A stretch of DNA of 63,997 nt, filler included, from Sanchytrium tribonematis (taxonomy: Eukaryota), in NCBI GenBank assembly GCA_018985235.1. It is 10 parts of 10 records of this genome, joined end to end, with 100 filler letters (N's around TTAATTAATTAA, not from the genome) between each part and the next. Parts side by side here need not be neighbours in the genome. Positions count along the whole stretch, not along the records: positions 1 to 24,857 come from JADGIG010000071.1; 9 more parts are not named here. The stretch is one strand, 5' to 3'. Each line of letters begins with the position of its first letter. Within the stretch, counting starts at the first letter, position 1. The notes below the pieces were generated by a model. The model was not told the origin of the DNA and did no database searches. It was given only the letters and a program-made list of their open reading frames with translations. The position numbers and the translations under genes were made by a program. This document shows positions 1 to 11,715 of this stretch, piece by piece.

Positions 1-502
1 ACTGGCCACGAGCATATGTTTTGCTTGTTGAACCAATGAATATTCGCAATTAATTAATTAATTTTGCAATTGGCAGAACATTTTAAATGACTACCAATGG
101 GGTTTTGAAATCGCTGAAGTTCGAATAGCTAGCAATCAAAAGTTTCTTTGCGCAAGAAGTAAGAAAAATGGATTGTATTGTCAATTGATTATAAAACAAG
201 AAAACGATATGAAAATGCATCATATTACAGGACAGCGAATCTTTTACATGCAAAATCTGAAAAATATGGACTCCATTGTCTTATACACTTTATAGAAGGG
301 TCTGTTTATGACAGGTATGCTTTATGTGGTCATCCATTTAAAGCAAAACAGGGGGTCCTGCATTGTGTTCCACTTAGCGATAAATTCGGAGAAAATATTC
401 ACCGAGATGTCATACCAAATGTACCAGACAAAGATCAACTTGTTACATATTATATTCCTGAGGGAAACTTATTTAAATAAATCCATTTCAAGTAGTCAAC
501 AC

Positions 503-1192
503 ATGAAATCTTGTATCGTGTCAATTTTAATGTGTGCAAACATAGTGGATGAGGGATTCTTAGCTAATTGGGCCACCCAATTTGGGTGTCATTAGGTGAT
601 AATGAAGTGAATGTAACAATTTGAAGCAATTTGCTGGTATTTATCATTGTAATTATAGATGGTAAAGTTGAAGAAATCACTCGATAAATTATGATTTTTT
701 TGATCTAAATGATATATGGGGGGGCAAATTTGAATAGAAATTTGATATCACGCTGAATGCTTGCACTTATTTATTTACCACATTATGATTGCAACAAAAG
801 AATATCAACTTAAATTGATGAATCGAATTTATAAAGAGCCTTTGCTATTGAATGCTCAAGAGGCTAAGTTTTCGCCAAATCAGCCATTTCTGTGCATCAG
901 AGCACTGTTTGATACTCCTACAAAATATATTGGAAAGGGAACATTTCGAACCGCAGTGAAAAAAATGAGTTTTGTTTTCTGTTCTGATGTAGATGTGAGC
1001 CAGAAAGTGTTTCCACAACTCAAATGGACCAAAATGACGCATTTAGGTGATGTAGATGAAATATTAACAATCAGCAAACTTATTTGTGCTAAAAAAACTG
1101 GGGCGTATAAGTATTCATGCATTGCAATCGATAAAAAAGTTGAAGATGCAAAAGATAAGACTCCATTTCTTATTGACAATCCATATCAATAA
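503..1192 (+). pseudogene. Degenerate member of a Cys-patterned secreted family (see 2450-3027, 10814-11554)
   Basis: ORF 761-1192 shares EAKFS..FLC..FC..WTKM..GDVDEI..IC..YSCI pattern with the other two; hydrophobic start MKSCIVSILMCA at 503 is separated from it by stops and frame changes. Confidence 0.45.
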
Positions 1193-1212
1193 ATTACCAC
1201 TCAATAAATATT

Positions 1213-1617
1213 TTATTGCGCATTTTCTAATTTCTCAACATCCAATATTACATTGTGAATACTGGATGCTAATAAATTGACATCCATCTCATGTGCTCTA
1301 CATCTAATAAAATGCCTCATTTTCATTTCAAATATTCGTGAAATTTGTCGCATAGTTGCAGAAACATGTTGGATTATGCAATTATGGAAATATAGTAATC
1401 CGACTCGTAAATGATTGATAAATTGGAGTCTGCATCGGATAATAGCAGTGCCAGTGATGGGGTGATAATACATGATTTGTAAAGATTGGATAAATTCCGC
1501 ATTTGCAATTCCAAAATAATCAGTCATATGGACGCGTAATAGATGCAGTAATTTGTCATTGGATATTTTAGAGGGTGTTAGGAAGCATAGGGCATATCGT
1601 TTTTTGTATCTGACCAT
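1213..1617 (-). CDS. POP5: RNase P/MRP subunit Pop5
   Basis: MVRYKKRY N-terminus, YYHPITGTAIIRC and HVSATMR motifs; start moved from 1761 to the ATG at 1617. Confidence 0.85.
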   Translation of the reverse strand: MVRYKKRYALCFLTPSKISNDKLLHLLRVHMTDYFGIANAEFIQSLQIMYYHPITGTAIIRCRLQFINHLRVGLLYFHNCIIQHVSATMRQISRIFEMKMRHFIRCRAHEMDVNLLASSIHNVILDVEKLENAQ

Positions 1618-1653
1618 TTTGCAAATTTGTGTTTGATCCCCTCTAAACTTTTG

Positions 1654-2295
1654 ATGTTGAAGAGATGTGTAAGATGCTTTTGGAAGCAAGTCACGAATCC
1701 ACAAGAGCATCAAAAAGAAAGAGATCGCATTAAAAGGGAATTTAGAGAGGGATATTGGCATGATTTTAAAGTATTAAATGCAACAAATGGCAAATTATTT
1801 GAACCCAAACCAAATCTACATTTATCAATTAAATGCCCTGATTTGAGTGTATATGATGCAAATACCAAACATGTTCAATTATTAGATGTACTAAAAGAGA
1901 AACCTACTTTTTTGGGTGTTGTTTTCAATGAATTTGCCAATTTGCAATTAAAAGAATACAAATCATTTTATGACAGTCAATTGAGTCAAATGAATCCTCA
2001 ATTACAATTTGTTCAATTAAATGTTGAAGAAAATTGGCTCAAATCTGTCATTTTGAACATGTTGAAATATTCATTAAAATCCAAAATTCCTCAAAAAGAC
2101 CATTCAACATACCTCACAAGCACATTTCACAAGATATATGATTTCAAAGAGCATCTAGGCATCATTAATAAGTATGTCCCATGGATGTATTTGATAAATA
2201 AACAGGGAATTGTGAGGTGGCAAATTCATGGAAAATCTAGTGAAACAGAATTGCATTTATTGAAATCACTAACAAAGCAAGTCATTCTTGAATAA
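1654..2295 (+). CDS. ATP10: Mitochondrial ATP synthase assembly factor Atp10
   Basis: GYWHDF..NGKLF, QLNVEENWLK, LGIINKYVPWMYLINKQGIVRW motifs; Arg-rich N-terminus from ATG 1654. Confidence 0.85.
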   Translation: MLKRCVRCFWKQVTNPQEHQKERDRIKREFREGYWHDFKVLNATNGKLFEPKPNLHLSIKCPDLSVYDANTKHVQLLDVLKEKPTFLGVVFNEFANLQLKEYKSFYDSQLSQMNPQLQFVQLNVEENWLKSVILNMLKYSLKSKIPQKDHSTYLTSTFHKIYDFKEHLGIINKYVPWMYLINKQGIVRWQIHGKSSETELHLLKSLTKQVILE

Positions 2296-2449
2296 ATGAT
2301 GAACGTCTTTAGATTAATAGTTGCAAAAGAAAGAGGTAAACGATACCGTGCTCCAAATCTGAAGACAGGTTTGAAAAATTCTGTGATTCGCTCAAAATAT
2401 CCGGGGTAAATGATTTTTCTTTTAAAAACCAAGCAGCATCCCCCATACA

Positions 2450-3027
2450 ATGATCTTCTCTATTACACTCTCTGCTTTTCCGCTCTACTTTCAAGTGACT
2501 CATTCGATGGTATCTTGTAGAATTGGAAACAGTGAAGAAGGATTATCTTGCTTCCCATCCACTAATCAATTCCAATTCGTAAAAAAGACCATTAACATTG
2601 ACAATTTATCTCCAAATTTGCCGACTTTAAAGGAAATCAAATTTGCGTCGTAAATATCGCCAATAAAGTTGCTTGCACAGACCAGTTCCATGCATTAGTC
2701 GAAGAATCGTTGCCATTAATTGAAATTCAAGGCGATGATGTTGTGGAAGTCCGATTTTCTATTGATTATCCATTCATGTGTTTGATCAATTCAAATTCAC
2801 AAGTCTGGTGTATGGCTACTGGTGATGGAATCAATACACCCACATTCTCACCAGATACGCCATGGACACGTATGGAGAAATTCGGCACAATTGATGCTAT
2901 TAAAATGGAAAATGGTGCGATTTGTGGGCATGAATTGAATACAGCAAAATCAGATTATAAATGCATTACCATTGCAGGCCCATTTGATCCAAAATTTGGA
3001 TTATTAGAACCAATGCCACTTTATTAA
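2450..3027 (+). pseudogene. Secreted Cys-patterned family member with one frameshift near 2585-2601
   Basis: Signal-like MIFSITLSAF in frame 2; frame 1 from about 2602 reads FADFKGNQICVVNIANKVACTDQF..EVRFS..FMC, aligning with the 10814 protein; no frame-restoring GT-AG intron found. Confidence 0.55.
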
Positions 3028-3416
3028 AATAAAACATAATTATTAAATTCACATATTTATTCGTGTTTTAGGGTCATATGCATTCTCAAATGATGAAAAG
3101 TATAAAATTGTTTATGGCATTCATGACATTGTATTAATTCTACATTTTTTAATATACTGACAGACATGGTGATGATTTGGATGGCAAATTCGGTAATGAC
3201 ATTTTAAACCCATTCTGTGACACGTTGCACTGTTATCAATTCGAATCCATGTGGGTTGATTGGTGTAAATGGGTTACTTTTATATTGCCATGCGTCATCA
3301 ACGAGTTCGATGCGGCAAAATTGGAAATCAAAACACATCGAGGAGAACTCGCCAAATAATGATTGATGAATGCCAGTATTTGTCAATTTGACGTGCATCT
3401 TTTAATCAAGCCACCC

Positions 3417-4145
3417 ATGAATTTCAATTTGTCAGATCATTTCATTCTAAGTTATGTAGCAGGTGCGTCACTTGTATTTAATATTCAGTATGGTTTAATC
3501 TGTTTATTGAATATTTATTTAATTGGCAAAACGCGTATTAATATGACCATGTTCATTTTGACATTTTTTATGTTGATTTCCAATTATTTGTTAATGATGC
3601 GTCCAAATCTATTTAATGAGCCAATTTCCATTATTATATTTCAAATAGGTGGTACATTAGAAGGATTGGTGGTCATTGGATATACGCCTGTCAAGTTTAA
3701 AGGATTATTACCAAATTGGATGAAGGTCATTTCTATTTTGAGTGCAATTTTGATTTCTATTTCTACAATCTGCTTGACGAGTTTCATTCTATTAGATCAT
3801 TTGGATTATATTAATATGGTTTCTAATTTGGGATCTATCTTGATTGGAGTCGTGATATTTTATTGGTGTCAAAAATTATATTTGAAAATTTTCAAGAATC
3901 CACGGAGAGATTTCAAACAGAAAAGATTGCAGCAATTGAGTTTATCTACTATATTCATGACATTTCTAGTCGTATTCTTGAATATTTTATTGAATTATTA
4001 TGGTGGAGTCATTAATTTCACGAGTTTTGCCATTGTAGCATTTGTTGCTATTTATGGCGCACTAATGGATTTTATTATTGACTTCAACAAGCAATTAGAA
4101 TCTAGATCATTAATCATCATGACAAATGCTCTAGAAATGAATTAA
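3417..4145 (+). CDS. Multi-pass (about 7 TM) membrane protein, possibly GPCR-like
   Basis: About seven hydrophobic segments with a basic loop between the fifth and sixth; ATG preceded by CCC. Confidence 0.55.
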   Translation: MNFNLSDHFILSYVAGASLVFNIQYGLICLLNIYLIGKTRINMTMFILTFFMLISNYLLMMRPNLFNEPISIIIFQIGGTLEGLVVIGYTPVKFKGLLPNWMKVISILSAILISISTICLTSFILLDHLDYINMVSNLGSILIGVVIFYWCQKLYLKIFKNPRRDFKQKRLQQLSLSTIFMTFLVVFLNILLNYYGGVINFTSFAIVAFVAIYGALMDFIIDFNKQLESRSLIIMTNALEMN

Positions 4146-5320
4146 ACGAGTTTATCGTATCTGTATTTCTTTTTTCTTGAATAAATCAATAATCCAAGAA
4201 ATAAAGTAATTACGAATAAGATGCTCCATATTGGAATAGTCACTGTATATTCAAGTAATTTAGACTCATCTGCATTCATTTTTAGCTTATTTGGATCAAT
4301 ATCTGCTGACTGAGTGGTAGTTTCAACTTTTGGATATCCAAAATACGCCCATTCGTTATGTTTACGCCCACATGTTGTCATTGGCAAATCCAAATAGTAT
4401 TCCAATCTAGATTCTACTTTAAATAAATGATCATCATCAATCCCCCCACTCAAAACTAAAATATCATTTTCATTTGCAAATAAATCATCCTTGTCTTTAA
4501 CTGTGATTGAGGAATAAATTGTGAATTGTTTATGCTTTGTATTGAGTTTCAACTCATTTTTAGATATTCTGAGTAATTCGTATGGCTTCTCTGCTTGTAC
4601 AAATGCCAAATAAGGATGATATTGACGTGTTGGATAATCTCGCATATAATTTAAAACAAACATGAATTCCATACTGCCATTATTATTAATTTTAATGGCG
4701 TTACTTGAGAAATGTAGTTTGTGATCATCGGCTGTAATTATATCCAATAAACAGTCATATTCCCTTTCAATTCGATTAATAAGTGTGTTTTCTTTTAATT
4801 CTCCTAAAACATATGGATGTAGTGAGTATAAAGCGAGCATATTAGTGCTATTATAAATAAATAACCAGTTCTTTTCCAATGTAGTTGATTTACCATTGAA
4901 ATTTTTAAGATTAATAAAATGTCTTTCAGAAGATCCATTTAAAATATCATCCATTTTCATCATTTCCATACCACGAATGGGATATGCTTGTTTGGGATTT
5001 GTCATTGTGAAATACAAATACATTTCATGGTTAAAATAAGTGATTCGTGGATCTTCAGGACCATAAAAATGGAACCAAATACTCTCTTGGTGTTGACCCC
5101 ATTTGATAAATTCAGGCGTATCCTTGACATTTAATTTGTATAAACGATTGTCATAAATTAATCTGATTTCGCTCGTGTCAAAGTGATTGACTTTACCCAA
5201 ATAACATCTGACAATTTCTAATGTTTTACCCTTGTATTGAGTAAAAACTCCATTGAAGACCTGTTTACAATCCTGTAATCCGGAGTGGATGCGTAGATCC
5301 ATGATTTGCACTTTGTTCAT
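4142..5320 (-). CDS. Beta-mannosyltransferase (GT91)/GH130-like protein with C-terminal TM helix
   Basis: GPEDPRI and EKNW motifs, YSLHP; hydrophobic C-terminal helix followed by RKKK; 5' end uncertain. Confidence 0.6.
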   Translation of the reverse strand: MNKVQIMDLRIHSGLQDCKQVFNGVFTQYKGKTLEIVRCYLGKVNHFDTSEIRLIYDNRLYKLNVKDTPEFIKWGQHQESIWFHFYGPEDPRITYFNHEMYLYFTMTNPKQAYPIRGMEMMKMDDILNGSSERHFINLKNFNGKSTTLEKNWLFIYNSTNMLALYSLHPYVLGELKENTLINRIEREYDCLLDIITADDHKLHFSSNAIKINNNGSMEFMFVLNYMRDYPTRQYHPYLAFVQAEKPYELLRISKNELKLNTKHKQFTIYSSITVKDKDDLFANENDILVLSGGIDDDHLFKVESRLEYYLDLPMTTCGRKHNEWAYFGYPKVETTTQSADIDPNKLKMNADESKLLEYTVTIPIWSILFVITLFLGLLIYSRKKKYRYDKLV

Positions 5321-5533
5321 TTGTAGTGATATGGGATGGGACTTGCATTTTAAAAGCTGGCAATTTATTGATTTAATTTGATTGGTGGTTGTTAATTAAA
5401 AAGAATGTCATTGGAGGATTTTGATTCGAGGACTAGGACTTGTTCAATTAGAGAAGTGATAAACGGCGGCAGAGATAAATACAAATTGAGATTTAATAAT
5501 ATTTTTTTAATGTCTTCTTGAAACACTTGAAAC

Positions 5534-6079
5534 ATGTTGAATTATTTTAGAATCTTCGTCATTTCAGTGATTGCGTGTTTATTCTATTTTAATTATCGTG
5601 ATACCCCTAAACAATCCAGATCACCCGTTTCCCAAATCATCAATTCATGTCCTATTAAATCCAGTATTTATCAGATTTATGATCCAAAAACACTCCCAAT
5701 CCAATCATTTCTTCAAAATATCAATGATTTACCTAATAAACCATCATTGTTATTTGTAGTGAGTAGTGTCTGTCAAGATTGCACATTAAATCCAATGATT
5801 CGTGAAATTAAAGCCAACAATCATTTATTTGGGATTGATGCCATGGCTATTGCGAATCAATTAGATAGCGAGTCAAATACGTTGAGTAAATTGAGTGATT
5901 TGAAGAGTAAAATGAATGAATATTATGATATTCAAGTGAATTACATTTTGAATGGAGATTTGACGATTGCGAATTATGCAGCACAATTGGGATTAAAGAG
6001 TGTCGCACCTGATGGGTCTACCTTGTTATTGAATGCTGATTTGACAAGTGATTTACAATCTATTCAAGAATGTGTTTGA
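5534..6079 (+). CDS. Membrane-anchored thioredoxin-fold-like protein
   Basis: N-terminal anchor; LLFVVSSVCQDC has CxxC after a hydrophobic strand. Confidence 0.4.
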   Translation: MLNYFRIFVISVIACLFYFNYRDTPKQSRSPVSQIINSCPIKSSIYQIYDPKTLPIQSFLQNINDLPNKPSLLFVVSSVCQDCTLNPMIREIKANNHLFGIDAMAIANQLDSESNTLSKLSDLKSKMNEYYDIQVNYILNGDLTIANYAAQLGLKSVAPDGSTLLLNADLTSDLQSIQECV

Positions 6080-6105
6080 ATAAATCCAGTCTTTTATTGA
6101 AACCC

Positions 6106-8219
6106 TTAAGCTGTATGCTCTACTCCTGACTTTGGTTTTGATCTAAACTGCTTAATACTTCTTTTAATAGGTGTTTTGATTAAAGTCAGTACAAACAAAA
6201 TTAAATTTAAACACAATTTAAGAATCATTCCAACGGACCAATTCACTTTAACTGAGTCGTACTTCCATTTGTAAGCATTTGGATAAGTAGTACTCATTGA
6301 TTTAGCATTAGATTCGATGATAGAATGTCCTTCTTCTAAAATTCGCGTTGATTCGATAGAATTGAAAATAATACGATTTGGTCCTACATAAATAGAGAAT
6401 ACGGGTTACAATCGTTGGAGAAGCATCCATTTCATTTGTGTGTGTCTCTGTTTGGGTAGCATCCGGTTGATTTGTTTCTGTATAATGACTAGCCCCATTT
6501 GCATTTGAACTCATTGTAATTGTTTCTGCAACTAGAATTAATGACTCACTGGTCTCATTTAGTGCTAATATTCTACAACTGCTCTGAGTAGTCGCATAGA
6601 TCCCACTCAAATTGCATTGATTTTTGAATGTTTTACCAAACACTCCGGGTGCCAATGGATTATTGCTTAAATCGCATTTTTGCAAGCCAGTTGAATTATA
6701 AATGACTACATTTGTTACGAAATTATTTGATATACTCAACTGGGATGGCGCCATAAATGATAAATTACCACTTAAATAATTATTATTAAGATAGAAACTA
6801 GAGCCTTTCAATTGGAAAGAGATGCATCCACTTAGATGATTATGAGATAAATCTAATGTATTGACATATTGGAGGGACTGTGAGATGCTTCCAATAAAAT
6901 AATTGTTGGAAATATTGAAATAATCACGAGTTGAGTTAATTTGCCAATTTGGAATATTTCCTGTCAAATTATTACCAGACATGTCAATAGATGTCAAAGT
7001 AGATGGAAGATCATAGCTAATATTGCCAGACATCCCATTATTATCTAATTTGAGCGTAAAAATTGATTTTGGTAGTGATTTTGGAAATTTATCAAATTTG
7101 TTGAAACTCAGTCTCAAATCACTGATAGCCGAGTGTCCCAAATCAATTTCACCAGATAATTGATTGTGAGATACATCCACTAATTTAAATGTGGCAAGTC
7201 TCCAGAGAATAAATTATATGACAAATTTAATATTTGGATGCTGTTGCTCAGCGAAACTGCAGATAAATTGCCATAAAATCTATTCTGCCCTATAATCAAG
7301 TCTGTCAATCCAGATGGCCATGACAAATTACTTGGTATTTCACCACCAAGTAAGTTATTTTCCAAATTCAAAATTTGTAATGAATCTACCAAAATTGGAA
7401 ATGAGCCAGTTAAATTGTTGCTGCTCAAATCTAATATTTGCAAGCTACTAGTTAAATTCAGAATGGATCCATTAAAGTCGGAATTGCCCCAGTTAGTCTA
7501 TTATTGTTTAAATACAATGCTATTAATAAACTGGGCAAATTGAATGGAATCGTACCATTGATTAGATTATTACCGGCATAAAGGTAGCTCAATGTGGATG
7601 GCAGTGAACTTGGTATTGCATCATCAATCAGATTATCGCCCAGTCCGACTGCTTCGACATTTGGTGGAAAATTAGGCATTTTGGTAAATCGATTAACATC
7701 CAACCAAAGCCTAGTCACTCCAGCTGGAAATGATGTTGGTAATCCGCTCAATTGAGTTTCATAAACTTCAAAATAGATCAAAGAAGTTGGAAGCGTGTCT
7801 GGAATTTTTCCATAAATAGGCGTCTGTACGATTCTCAAATGATCCAGCGTATTTGGTAAATCACTCGGAAGTGTGGTATTTAAAGTTGTCTGATATATCT
7901 CTAAAGATGTTATAGCAGGTGGTAAAAATTCACTTTGAATGGTGCCATTAATTTTGGCGTAAGCTATATCTATATACCAAACTTGTTCATTTGGAGCACT
8001 ACCAGAGCACAGTATATTAATATAAGGGCCTCCAATCCCAATTTGCTTGCTATAACCGCAGCAATCTGCTGGAATACTCTGAAATAGAATTGGTTCTGTT
8101 ATATTCATATTTAAACCTTGTAGAAATCTCATAACGAGTGGACAATCTGTGGATACCCCATTGACACGCGTCATCATAGTCAAATAAATGATAAATATGG
8201 ATTTTAAAACGGACTTCAT
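6106..8219 (-). pseudogene. Cell-surface LRR protein, two frameshifts (about 7480 and 7185) plus a 19-nt intron (6384-6402)
   Basis: Signal peptide, DC..DCC cap, LxxLxLxxNxLxG repeats over three ORFs, S/T stalk and TM tail; the two upstream breaks have no GT-AG solution. Confidence 0.7.
6384..6402 (-). other. 19-nt spliceosomal intron GTATTCTCTATTTATGTAG
   Basis: Removal joins ..IVT-R-PNR.. in frame to the 6106-6297 TM-tail ORF; same position as introns at 43607 and 45352. Confidence 0.85.
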
Positions 8220-8339
8220 TTGAAATGTAATTTATTTGGCCTAGTTGAAATATTTTAAAAGCCATTCAAGAAACTTTTATTAGAAATCAATATTTTGTAA
8301 ATACTTGTCATTTTTATCTATAGATATTCAAAATTCTAT

Positions 8340-9221
8340 TTATTTAATTTCTTTCCATAAAATACTCCGTAATCCACTATTAATAGCTATTTTACGTGCA
8401 AACCATCTATCACTCGTCATCACATCCACATAATCATCCTTCAACAACCAACATGGACTCCAATTCTTCCTTTTTGAATATCTCAAACAATCATGCCATC
8501 TCGTATACACTGGAATTCCATAAATTTGATCATTTTTAAATGGAGAATCCATGATAATCGTGTGAAAGAAGGATTCATCAGGCACCGTCGTATGTTTAAA
8601 GAATTGAATCCAATCTGTCAACCATTTTTGATTTGTAAACATATAACTGATAAATGGCTTAGAAAGCATCACCCATTGAGAATATTTATAAATTGGAGCA
8701 TGATTTGGTGTAATATCATATCTAGTACAATTCGAATTCTCACATCTCGCTTTTGTCCGAGTGCATTCTGGCCAATTATATTTACAAGTTGGAATTGGAT
8801 AATCATCGAATAATTGACTTGTATTTGGATCTAATTCACTTAAAAATGATTCTAAATCTCTTAATGGTCTTAATGGGACAGTCATACCATCTAAAAAGTA
8901 GAAATAATCAATATTAGTAGAATCTGCTGATTTTAATAATAGTAATTGTGCGAATAATAGGGAGTATTTGCCCCAATTACACTTGATTTGTTGATCAATA
9001 ACATGTATATTGGGTTGATCAAATGATTCCTTGTTGATTTTCTTATCAAAATGGATAAAATAGTCATGATTTGGTGAATAATAATGAGTAATAAATTCTT
9101 TGAATCCCTGTAGCGTATCATGATCATGTACTAGAAAACCGAATCCAATTCTAGGTGGATGAATGGGATATAAATAGAATAAACACCAAATTAAAATGAC
9201 GATTGGCAAAATGTATTTCAT
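8340..9221 (-). CDS. GT14 (core-2/I-branching/xylosyltransferase-like) glycosyltransferase
   Basis: FLVH, IHFDKK, WGKYSL, SQWVMLS, PDESFFHT, FARK motifs; type II anchor. Confidence 0.85.
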   Translation of the reverse strand: MKYILPIVILIWCLFYLYPIHPPRIGFGFLVHDHDTLQGFKEFITHYYSPNHDYFIHFDKKINKESFDQPNIHVIDQQIKCNWGKYSLLFAQLLLLKSADSTNIDYFYFLDGMTVPLRPLRDLESFLSELDPNTSQLFDDYPIPTCKYNWPECTRTKARCENSNCTRYDITPNHAPIYKYSQWVMLSKPFISYMFTNQKWLTDWIQFFKHTTVPDESFFHTIIMDSPFKNDQIYGIPVYTRWHDCLRYSKRKNWSPCWLLKDDYVDVMTSDRWFARKIAINSGLRSILWKEIK

Positions 9222-9433
9222 GGTGTTTCACTCCGAGTGATGCAACCCATCACAAAATATTACAAGTCAATTCATTTTCACTTTTTAATGATACGGCACT
9301 TATGATCATCTAGATGCGTCATTCACCAATTCATCATTCATTTGTGCAAGCATCTTTGATTGGTCTCGAAATTGGATGAATGCATTCCGTTACAACTTGA
9401 TCTCATCATAAATAGAGACTCAGCACCCCTCTC

Positions 9434-9586
9434 ATGTTCAAAAGAATGATGAGATTGAAATATAAAAAGAGAATTGAAGATGATTTATTAAGTACGGAAT
9501 CAGATGATACATTATTGGATTTTGAAGAACGAGAATATAACAGATTTATCATGTATGAAAAGAAACAACGACAATCATACTTTTAA
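9434..9586 (+). CDS. Putative 50-aa small protein (absent from the ORF track)
   Basis: ATG TTC AAA..TTT TAA; CCCC 5 nt upstream and AATAAA overlapping the stop, as in neighbouring genes. Confidence 0.4.
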   Translation: MFKRMMRLKYKKRIEDDLLSTESDDTLLDFEEREYNRFIMYEKKQRQSYF

Positions 9587-9682
9587 TAAATTAAAATGGC
9601 TATCATTTTTAAGAATCTTCTAATTTTAAACCAATGAAATGCCATTCATAAACTATAAATAGCAGCAACCCCCCATTTACCC

Positions 9683-10579
9683 ATGTTTTTATTATGTCAG
9701 TGGATTGCAACAGTATCACTTGATTGTCCAAAATTGATTCCATTTGCGCAACAATTGAATATCCATATTATAAATACAACTATTTGGAATCAAATCAATT
9801 TAGATTGTTGCTTAGCACCAGGTATTAAATGTGGCAATAACAAAGTGATTGTGATTAATTGGAGTGGTATGAACTTGAATGGGACTTTAAATGGCAATTT
9901 ATCAGGGTTATCAGCACTTTTCAATTTGGATGTTTCCAATAATCTGATTAATGGAACCATTTCTACCTTGTTGCCATCGAATTTGAATGCGCTACATGTA
10001 GATGGTAATTATTTAAATGGTACATTGACAAATTGGACATTACCTCTAAATTTACAAACTTTGAATATCAATTCAAATCAATTTACAGGATCTCTACCAT
10101 CTGGTATTTCCCAATTGACACAGCTAACTGCTAACTACAATCTATTTACTGGTGTGATTCCATATTTATCACCAAGTTTGAATACACTTACTGTGGGCAA
10201 TAATTTGTTGACTGGGTTTGTGAATATTCCACCCTTTTTGAAACAATTATTTCTAGGTCGCAATTTATTGACTGGTGATTTGCCAATCATGCCAGATTCA
10301 TTAAATATCATATTTCTAGGTGGAAATCAATTTACTGGGACTATTAGTGCCTATAAACCACAATATTTGTGGATCAGTGACAATTTATTTACTGGTTTGA
10401 ATATTACAGATTATTCTGCAATTCTTCCAGGTCAATGTTCTCTCAATAATAATCCATTATTGGGAGCATCTAATTTACCACCATTGGGTGTTTGTTATGA
10501 AATAGGGCTGTATTCACTTCAAACGACTCAATTATCTGGTATATTAAATTCATTTAGTTGTCACAGTCTAGGTGAATGA
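9683..10579 (+). CDS. Secreted LRR protein without TM tail
   Basis: Short signal peptide, LDC..LDCC..GIKC cap, about 9 LRRs; candidate 19-nt intron at 10539-10557 would change the last residues. Confidence 0.8.
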   Translation: MFLLCQWIATVSLDCPKLIPFAQQLNIHIINTTIWNQINLDCCLAPGIKCGNNKVIVINWSGMNLNGTLNGNLSGLSALFNLDVSNNLINGTISTLLPSNLNALHVDGNYLNGTLTNWTLPLNLQTLNINSNQFTGSLPSGISQLTQLTANYNLFTGVIPYLSPSLNTLTVGNNLLTGFVNIPPFLKQLFLGRNLLTGDLPIMPDSLNIIFLGGNQFTGTISAYKPQYLWISDNLFTGLNITDYSAILPGQCSLNNNPLLGASNLPPLGVCYEIGLYSLQTTQLSGILNSFSCHSLGE

Positions 10580-10813
10580 ATTAAAAATACATTGAATTGT
10601 TTAATAAATAGATGAAAGGGAATTGTTTTGCCCAAATTTCTGTTTTACTTGCATTGCTTGCATATCGAGTTTACCACTTGTTATTGGGTCTGTGTATATT
10701 GGATAAATGACAAAGCATTCTGTGTTTTCTGTAAGACCAGAGTCAATTCTGTGTCATTTGAAAGTGTTTTGCAATTTGCAACATAAAAAGGGAAATGACC
10801 CCACAAATTTACA

Positions 10814-11554
10814 ATGCTTTTCACTTCAATGATCAATGCAATAGCAGCAAAGAATACACCAAATCCATATCAACATTCTATATCAAATGGTACTGAAGTA
10901 TTCTCAGTGACTCACAATTATACAAAGTGTGAAATTATAACTAAATCTGAGAATAAGAGTCCTGCGACAGTCAAATGCGGTTACTTTCCGAAACTTAATC
11001 AAGTTAAATTTAGTGGTAAATTGCCTTATTCTTATAAATCTACTGAAAAATCAATTAAAAAGATATTTTTCCCTCATTCCCTTGATTTTATTGGAAACAG
11101 CATTTGTGTGATAAATACTGCTGGTTCTATGGCCTGTGGTACTCAATTCCCAGACTGGGTATCCAATGGTGAAGTGACACTCAAATCCATCCCAATTGCC
11201 GCTAATAATTCAAATTATCTAATTACTTCTGAGGTCAGGTTTTCACCCACCAAGTCATTTATGTGTGTTACAGGATATTACCGCATTCATAAAACAAAGA
11301 AAGAAAATGGACATTTTAGCACGACAGATATTTATTGCACACCTTTCGGAAAATCTCAAAATGGCAAAATTTTATTTATAAATGCCTTTGAGTGGATCAA
11401 AATTAATAGTTTGACTAACGTAAATGCCATAGTAGTTTCCGAGGACAATATCTGTGGGCGTATAGGTGATGAAATAAGGTACTCTTGTATTTCTGTGACA
11501 GAACCTTTCGAGAAATTAGCAAATGCCAGAATCACATCTTATTTAAGTCAATAA
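10814..11554 (+). CDS. Secreted Cys-patterned protein, intact family member, unknown function
   Basis: 246-aa ORF, signal-like start, eight Cys with spacing conserved in the 2450 and 761 copies. Confidence 0.7.
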   Translation: MLFTSMINAIAAKNTPNPYQHSISNGTEVFSVTHNYTKCEIITKSENKSPATVKCGYFPKLNQVKFSGKLPYSYKSTEKSIKKIFFPHSLDFIGNSICVINTAGSMACGTQFPDWVSNGEVTLKSIPIAANNSNYLITSEVRFSPTKSFMCVTGYYRIHKTKKENGHFSTTDIYCTPFGKSQNGKILFINAFEWIKINSLTNVNAIVVSEDNICGRIGDEIRYSCISVTEPFEKLANARITSYLSQ

Positions 11555-11715
11555 ATGCAACTCTCTATTCATTTTTTGCTGTGCAACTTTCAAAATAGAT
11601 GATTGTTGTGTTGTGAGCACTAAACATTTTATTGTCGAGGCAGCAGTCACATTACTGATGCGTATTAGAAACGCATGTCGTACAAATACAATTACAAATC
11701 ACAAAATACCCCTCG

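Noticed and set aside
178..480. 100-aa ORF near the window start
   Set aside because: TTG start and no recognisable motif; cannot support a call
8493..8813. Many 60-130-aa antisense or nested ORFs (e.g. 8493, 26674, 39627, 49024, 61682)
   Set aside because: Shadows of better-supported genes with no motifs
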